A stretch of 64,000 nt of DNA from NCBI GenBank assembly GCA_963823995.1, contig CAWGNQ010000006.1, positions 173,610 through 237,609 of the forward strand, written 5' to 3'. The notes under the pieces are model-generated. The model had not been told where the DNA came from, did not search any database, and saw only the letters and a program-made list of their open reading frames with translations. Every line of letters begins with the position of its first letter. The stretch's first letter is position 1. The translations under genes and the position numbers were made by a program. The DNA is from an uncultured Acidobacteriota bacterium (GTDB taxonomy: Bacteria; Acidobacteriota; UBA6911; RPQK01; JAPXNP01). Of the stretch, positions 58,888 through 64,000 are shown one piece after another.

Positions 58888-59913
58888 TCAACCTGTGACC
58901 GGCTGGCTGATCGGGACACCGAACGGCCCGGTGGCTGCCGCCGGTTCCCTGGAAGGGTTCGAGAATACCGGAGCCTTTCCGTGACGTCTCAGGCACTCGT
59001 CGATGCGCGCAGGTCGCCCCCAGTCGCTCCATTCCACGTCTTCGAGCGGGAGCAGGAGCAATCTCTCGGGAATGCGCTGGAGCAGATCCCTCGACAGATC
59101 GGTTTCCTCAATCGATTCGTAGACATGGTGCAGCGCCACCTGTTCCATCGAGGGTGCCACCCTGCCCATCCTGACGGCCTTCAGCACCCTTCGGAGTAGA
59201 TCGAACCTCTGGGCGGATTCCGGATAGAACTCTCCGACGAAGTTCCAGAGGGATCTCGCCTTTGCAGCGAAGACCAGGGTATTCCAAAAACAGCCGTTCT
59301 TGAACAGCTGACGGGCCTTCCTTCGACTCGGCTTCTCGAAGAAGCTTTGGATCCTTCGGACCCGGTTGCTTCCGTCGGCGGCAGGCGTGCCCTCGATCCA
59401 ACCGTAGTCGGACTCTGCTCCGTCCGGAACGGCTCCGAGAAGGACCAGGCGATCGGGACGGCAGGAGGCGATGAGCCCTGCGGCACGTACGAAGCGCAGA
59501 AAGCGTGCTTCGGGATAGACGAAATGGTCGGAAGGGAAGACATAAACAATGGCCCTCGGATTGGCCGCCATCAGATAGGTAAGCGGCAGGAGGAGACCCG
59601 GAAGGGTCCCCTTGGCTTCCGGTTGTTCGATGACCATACCCGGGATCTTTGGGGACTTGAACTGCTCTATGAACTGACGGTGTCCCGCACCGATGATGCT
59701 GATGATCCGGTGGGGCGACGTCAGAAGTCGGCAGCGATCCCAGGTGTGCTCCAGCATGGACCGGGTTCCAATGAACGTGCAGTACTGTTTCGGGCGGTGA
59801 CCTCCGAGCCAGCGGCACACGGCCGGCTTCAGTCTCTCTCCCTCTCCGCCGGCCAGCACGATGGCCCAGGCCTGAGTGTTTTCGAAGTCATACTTTGCGC
59901 TTGCTGCTTCCAT
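58888..59913 (-). CDS. Sugar-phosphate nucleotidyltransferase (mannose-1-phosphate guanylyltransferase-like)
   Basis: Start at MEAASAKYDFENTQAWAIVLAGGEGERLKP (LAGGxGxRL motif) has a GGAGG SD. The N-terminal extension is rejected. Confidence 0.7.
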   Translation of the reverse strand: MEAASAKYDFENTQAWAIVLAGGEGERLKPAVCRWLGGHRPKQYCTFIGTRSMLEHTWDRCRLLTSPHRIISIIGAGHRQFIEQFKSPKIPGMVIEQPEAKGTLPGLLLPLTYLMAANPRAIVYVFPSDHFVYPEARFLRFVRAAGLIASCRPDRLVLLGAVPDGAESDYGWIEGTPAADGSNRVRRIQSFFEKPSRRKARQLFKNGCFWNTLVFAAKARSLWNFVGEFYPESAQRFDLLRRVLKAVRMGRVAPSMEQVALHHVYESIEETDLSRDLLQRIPERLLLLPLEDVEWSDWGRPARIDECLRRHGKAPVFSNPSREPAAATGPFGVPISQPVTG

Positions 59914-60262
59914 CGCTAGGAGCCTCCGTTGATCGAGGGTTCGCACATATCCGTAGATCGTTTCATCGTGAGTTGGGCGGGGGCCGCGCGAGAAATTGGG
60001 TCGACGGTCCAACCGCTGGTACCCATGCACACAAGCACGTGTCATTCCATTTACAGACGAACGGACGGATGCCCGGGAGTCCCTTAAACACTGGCGTCCG
60101 AATTCGCGTACCTGCGACGCGTGGCAGAAATGTTGTGGCAGGAATGGTCGCCTGGGACAGAATGCCACAGGGAATCTGTCCGGACAGGTGCTCCGGCCCT
60201 TCCTGTACAAGTGCCCGGGCTCCCACTATCATTCCGTGAGACTCGAAACAGGAGGTGAAGGA

Positions 60263-61708
60263 ATGTGTTCGTCCAGACTGTTGCTGTCGATGCTGTTCGT
60301 TGCGATCTCCCTTTGGGGCTGCACGTCCGAAACGGAGTGGCACTCACTTTTCAACGGAAGGAATCTGGAAGGTTGGCGAGCCTCCGAAGACGAATCGACG
60401 TTTCGAGTCGAGGACGGAGCGATCGTCTGTAACGGACCTCGAGCCCACCTCTTCTACGTCGGTGACGTCAATCAGGGGAATTTCAAGAACTTCGAATTCG
60501 AAGCCGAAGTCAAGACCACACCCGGCTCGAACTCGGGCATCTATTTTCACACCGACTTCCAGGAGACCGGCTGGCCCTCGAAGGGCTATGAATGCCAGGT
60601 GTTGAATTCGAATCGGGTGGAGCCGAACAGTGACTACGTCGAGCACAAGATGACCGGGAGCCTGTACGCAATCCGCAACCTGTGGAAGGCGCCGGCCCGT
60701 GACAACGAGTGGTTCATCTACCGGATCCTCGTTCAAGGGCGCACGATTCGCATCTGGATCGATGACGAACTGGTGGTGGACTACACGGAGCCTGCCCGAC
60801 CGTTTCGTCCTCAAGGGATGGAGGAGCGACTGCTCTCTGACGGGACCTTTGCCCTCCAGGGCCACGATCCCGGAAGCACGGTTTCCTACCGGAACATCCG
60901 CGTGCGGATCCTGCCCGACGACGTGGAGACTCCCGGAACTCCTGCTCCCGATCAGGATCTGGCCCGGCGATACGTCGAGCTCTCTGCGCGAAACTTTCCG
61001 CTGATGGACCTGCATGTCCATCTCAAACAGTCGCTGACGCTGGAGCAGGCACTTGCCGAGGCTCGGATCTATGGCGAAACCTACGGAATCGCGGTGAACT
61101 GCGGACTGGGAATGCCGATCCGGGACGAGGCCGGGCTTCGGGATTTTCTGGCCAACTATCCTCGACCGCCGGAGGCGTACATGGCGATGCAGGCGGAGGG
61201 ACGGGAGTGGCTGGATCTGTTCTCAGAGGAGTCGATCGATCAGTTCGATCACGTCTTTACGGACTCGATGACCTGGACGAACGACGACGGCAAGCGGATG
61301 CGCTTGTGGATTCCAGAGGAGACCGAGGTCGGCGATCCGCAGCACTTCATGGCGATGCTGGTCGATCGGATCGAGAATATCCTGAATAACGAGCCTATTG
61401 ACATCTACGTGAATCCCACCTATCTACCGGATGAAATCAGCGACCAGTACGACGAACTGTGGACCGAACAGAGGATGGATCGGGTGATCGCGGCGCTGGC
61501 CAAGAACCAGATCGCTCTCGAGATCAACGACCGGTACCATCTGCCCAGCGTCGTTTTCATTCGTCGGGCCAAGGCGGCGGGAGTCAAATTCACCTTCGGG
61601 ACGAACAATGCGGGAGAGGCAGACCTCGAACATCTCCGTTACTGTCTCGACATGATCGATCAGTGCGGACTCGAGCCGAGCGATATGTGGATTCCACCTT
61701 CGAGATAG
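60263..61708 (+). CDS. Lipoprotein with N-terminal DUF1080 (3-keto-disaccharide hydrolase, LamG-like) domain fused to a C-terminal PHP-like metal-dependent phosphoesterase domain
   Basis: AGGAGGTGAAGGA SD, lipobox LWGCTSE. DUF1080 blocks (WHSLFNGRNLEGW; YECQVLNS; RIWIDDELVVD). C-terminal DLHVHL ... LEIND ... FGTNN pattern resembles the PHP fold. Confidence 0.55.
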   Translation: MCSSRLLLSMLFVAISLWGCTSETEWHSLFNGRNLEGWRASEDESTFRVEDGAIVCNGPRAHLFYVGDVNQGNFKNFEFEAEVKTTPGSNSGIYFHTDFQETGWPSKGYECQVLNSNRVEPNSDYVEHKMTGSLYAIRNLWKAPARDNEWFIYRILVQGRTIRIWIDDELVVDYTEPARPFRPQGMEERLLSDGTFALQGHDPGSTVSYRNIRVRILPDDVETPGTPAPDQDLARRYVELSARNFPLMDLHVHLKQSLTLEQALAEARIYGETYGIAVNCGLGMPIRDEAGLRDFLANYPRPPEAYMAMQAEGREWLDLFSEESIDQFDHVFTDSMTWTNDDGKRMRLWIPEETEVGDPQHFMAMLVDRIENILNNEPIDIYVNPTYLPDEISDQYDELWTEQRMDRVIAALAKNQIALEINDRYHLPSVVFIRRAKAAGVKFTFGTNNAGEADLEHLRYCLDMIDQCGLEPSDMWIPPSR

Positions 61709-61729
61709 GAGTAGCGGGACGCCCAGGTC

Positions 61730-63317
61730 TTAGGACCTCGTCCAGGCTCCGTCGACCAAGCGCCAGATGCCGCGCTCATTCTCGTCGCGCAGCTCAACGG
61801 GCAGGAGGCCGACCGGGCAGTCCTGGTAACAGACAGGCCTCAGAAACCGGAAGACGGCCGCGGTGCCGACGGATGTTTGTTTGGAGTCGGTGGTTGCCGG
61901 GTAAGGTCCGCCGTGCTGCATGGCGTGACCCACCTCGACGCCGGTCGGGAAGCCGTTGAAGATCAGGCGTCCGACCTTTTCGCGCAGGATACGGACCAGG
62001 TCGGAATAGGTCTGGAGTTCCTCGCCGGTCGCGTGGACCGTGGCGGTCAGGTTGCCCTCGAGAGATTCGGCCACCTCGAGCATTTCGTTCCTGTCCTCGC
62101 AGGTTACGAGAAGTGACGACGGCCCGAACACCTCTCCGGACAGCACGGAGTCCTCACGGAACGTACCGGCATCGGTCATCATCAGAATCGATGCGGCTTC
62201 GGTCTTCTCCGCGTCCGGTTTTCCCGGCGATTGCCCGACGATCCTCACGCCGGCCCGCGAGCAGAAGCTCGAAGACTCCCCGTTCGAAGGCCTCCCGGAT
62301 GCCCGAGTGCAGCATCGTTCCAGGGTTGGAGCCGTCCAGTGCGGAGCGGAGCGCCTCGAGGAAGAGGTCGAGGGAAGGACCCTTCAGTGCGACTACGAGA
62401 CCAGGGTTGGTGCAGAACTGACCGACGCCGAGTGTCACGGACTGGACCAAACCCCTGGCGATACGTTCGGCGTCCGTCTTCAGAACGGCCGGAAGCAGGA
62501 ACACCGGATTGATGCTCCCCATTTCCGCGTACACGGGAATCGGCTCGGAGCGCTGGGCGGCGGCGTCGAACAGCGCCCGGCCGCCGGCTTGAGAACCGGT
62601 GAAGGCCACGGCCTTCACAGCAAAATGGGATGCTAGTCGGAGGCCCACTTCATGGGACGCACCGTGCAGCATGGAGAAGGTCCCCTCCGGCATGCCGTGT
62701 CGGTGCCCGGCCTCGGCGATGGCTTTGGCCACCAGTTCCGAAGTTCCCGGGTGTGCGGGGTGCGCCTTGCAGACGACCGGGTTTCCCGCGGCCAGGGCCG
62801 ACGCCGTATCACCGCCGGCCACGGAGAAGGCGAGTGGGAAATTGCTGGCACCGAAGACCGCCACGGGGCCGATCGGGATCAGCATGCGGCGGAGATCCGG
62901 TTTGGGGATGGGCTTGCGCGCGGGGTCTCCGTGATCGATGCGGGCGCCCACCATCGATCCTTCATCGATAAGATCGGCGAACATACGGATCTGATTCACC
63001 GTCCGGGTCCGCTCACCCTGGAGGCGGCCTGCAGGAAGACCGCTCTCTTCCGAGGCTCGCTGGATCAGCGCCTCTCCGAGTCCTTCGATCTCCGAGGCCA
63101 TCTGCCGCAGGAACGCGCTGCGGATTCCAGGATCGGCGAGTTTCGGACTGGCGAAGGCCGACCCGGCGAGCTCGAGTGCGCGATCGGTCTCGGCTTCCGT
63201 GGCCTCGATGAAGGCCGGTTCAAGTTCTCGGCCGTTCGACGGGTTCACGGCACGGATCGTCTTGGATCCTTCTCCGCTCCATTGATGACCGATGAGGTTC
63301 TTTCCCGTAAGCGTCAT
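61730..63317 (-). pseudogene. NAD(P)-dependent aldehyde dehydrogenase of the alpha-ketoglutarate semialdehyde dehydrogenase (KGSADH) type, interrupted by a frameshift near 62238-62246
   Basis: N-terminal two-thirds in ORF 62154..63317 (catalytic FTGSQAGG..., EMGSINP). The C-terminal third (EVFGPSSLLVTCED...LEGNLTATVH) continues in ORF 61730..62248 in a different frame. Confidence 0.6.
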
Positions 63318-63336
63318 GACAGCTCTCCAAATATTT

Positions 63337-63366
63337 GAGATTTTCGATAAATTTCAGATTTTCGAT
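63337..63366 (-). promoter_or_regulatory. AT-rich motif (ATCGAAAATCTGAAATTTATCGAAAATCTC on the minus strand) immediately upstream of the KGSADH gene
   Basis: Direct repeat ATTTTCGAT x2 on the plus strand. Shares the motif family with the pruA upstream region. Confidence 0.4.
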
Positions 63367-63457
63367 CCGGAGTGAAAGCCTCAGAAATCCCGAATCCCAT
63401 ATGAGAACTGAGCCACCCCCGACCGCGGCGAGACCGCAACCAGCACTCCGGAATCCC

Positions 63458-63625
63458 GGTCCTCCTACTCCCGTCCTTCCGTTCTCCCGTCCCATCGGTT
63501 ACGGCGAACCAGCAAAGAACAAGCAGGATGCATATCCCACCCGTTCTCCCGTCCTCACGTCCTCCGGTTCTCCCGTCCTCCGGCCCACCCGTTCTCCGGT
63601 CCTCTGTTTCCCCCGTTCCCCCTCG
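63458..63625. repeat. Array of C-rich repeats GTTCTCC(C/G)GTCC (4 or more copies) in the FAH-KGSADH intergenic region
   Basis: Copies at about 63481, 63543, 63567 and 63590. Related to the CTCCCGTCC repeats at 36008-36057 and 37801-37815. Confidence 0.45.
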
Positions 63626-63653
63626 TGACCCAAGTCGAAAATCGAAGATTCTC

Positions 63654-64000
63654 CTACGTTCCTACCACATTGATGAGCGTGCCGATCGGTTCGATCCTGA
63701 TGCGAATTTCGTCGTCGACCCGGAGGCTGAAATCGGAGGGCGGCACGATCCCGGTGCCCGTCATGAGAAGACAACCCCTGGGAAATTCCAGCTCCCGATA
63801 GAGATACTCGACCAGTTCCGTCGGCGTGCGCTTCATCTGAGACAGCTGGGTGGAATCCTGAAAGGCCATCTGATCCCCGCGCCGGATCTCCAAGACGATC
63901 TCGGTCTCCGGAGGCAGCTCCTCTTCGGCCAACAGTATCCCCGGCCCCAGTGCGCTACTACCATCGTATATCTTGGCCTGGGGTAAATACAGGGGATTGT
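63654..64000 (-). CDS. Fumarylacetoacetate hydrolase (FAH) family protein, C-terminal fragment; the 5' end lies outside the window
   Basis: The frame stays open to the window edge (...KIYDGSSALGPGILLAEEELPPETEIVLEIRRGDQ...GTGIVPP...IEPIGTLINVV), matching the FAH-family C-terminus. Confidence 0.65.
   Translation of the reverse strand, partial: NPLYLPQAKIYDGSSALGPGILLAEEELPPETEIVLEIRRGDQMAFQDSTQLSQMKRTPTELVEYLYRELEFPRGCLLMTGTGIVPPSDFSLRVDDEIRIRIEPIGTLINVVGT

Noticed and set aside
1-64000. Search for CRISPR arrays, tRNA/rRNA genes, transposases, integrases or phage genes
   Set aside because: I found no regularly spaced direct repeats with unique spacers, no tRNA-like T-loop/acceptor pairs, and no recognisable transposase, integrase, capsid or terminase proteins. 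The region looks like core or accessory chromosome rather than a mobile element, apart from the small repeat elements noted.

Overview
This is a high-GC (~65%) bacterial chromosomal window with about 49 protein-coding genes. I found no rRNA, tRNA, CRISPR array, transposase or integrase. The gene content (many secreted glycoside hydrolases, a TPR-containing Ser/Thr kinase, lipoproteins) would fit an Acidobacteriota-like soil heterotroph, but that is inference only.

Main content of the window:
- Proline genes: a proB-proA operon (biosynthesis) and a P5C dehydrogenase (catabolism).
- Polysaccharide degradation: an apparent operon of Na+/solute symporter, GH94 phosphorylase and GH2 hydrolase; plus GH5, GH30, GH51, a pectate-lyase-fold beta-helix protein and a GT39 glycosyltransferase.
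- Signalling: a Ser/Thr kinase (kinase, TolB-like and TPR domains) translationally coupled to an FHA-domain protein fused to a lytic transglycosylase domain; a receiver-PP2C phosphatase; a sensor histidine kinase; a sigma-54 activator.
- Housekeeping: aconitase, cyclophilin, parvulin PPIase, CDF and NhaP transporters, an HpnH-like radical SAM protein, an M48 protease, an OmpA-family protein.

Features that look unusual and are detailed in the findings:
- Two apparent +/-1 frameshifts: one joining the FHA and SLT parts of a single protein, one inside a KGSADH-type aldehyde dehydrogenase.
- A recurring AT-rich motif plus C-rich repeat family in the leaders of both aldehyde dehydrogenase genes and the ybaK-like gene.
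- A 4 x 10-bp tandem repeat directly after the methyltransferase stop codon.
- A roughly 130-bp inverted-repeat hairpin element next to a 40-aa hydrophobic peptide ORF.
- A stand-alone BlaI-family repressor next to a 12-repeat ankyrin lipoprotein.

I could not identify a clear-cut novel multi-gene system. The strongest candidates are the kinase-FHA-transglycosylase module and the aldehyde-dehydrogenase cis-element family.

CDS boundaries come from the ORF track plus start-codon and Shine-Dalgarno inspection. Coordinates of non-coding elements were read by eye and may be off by 1-2 bp.
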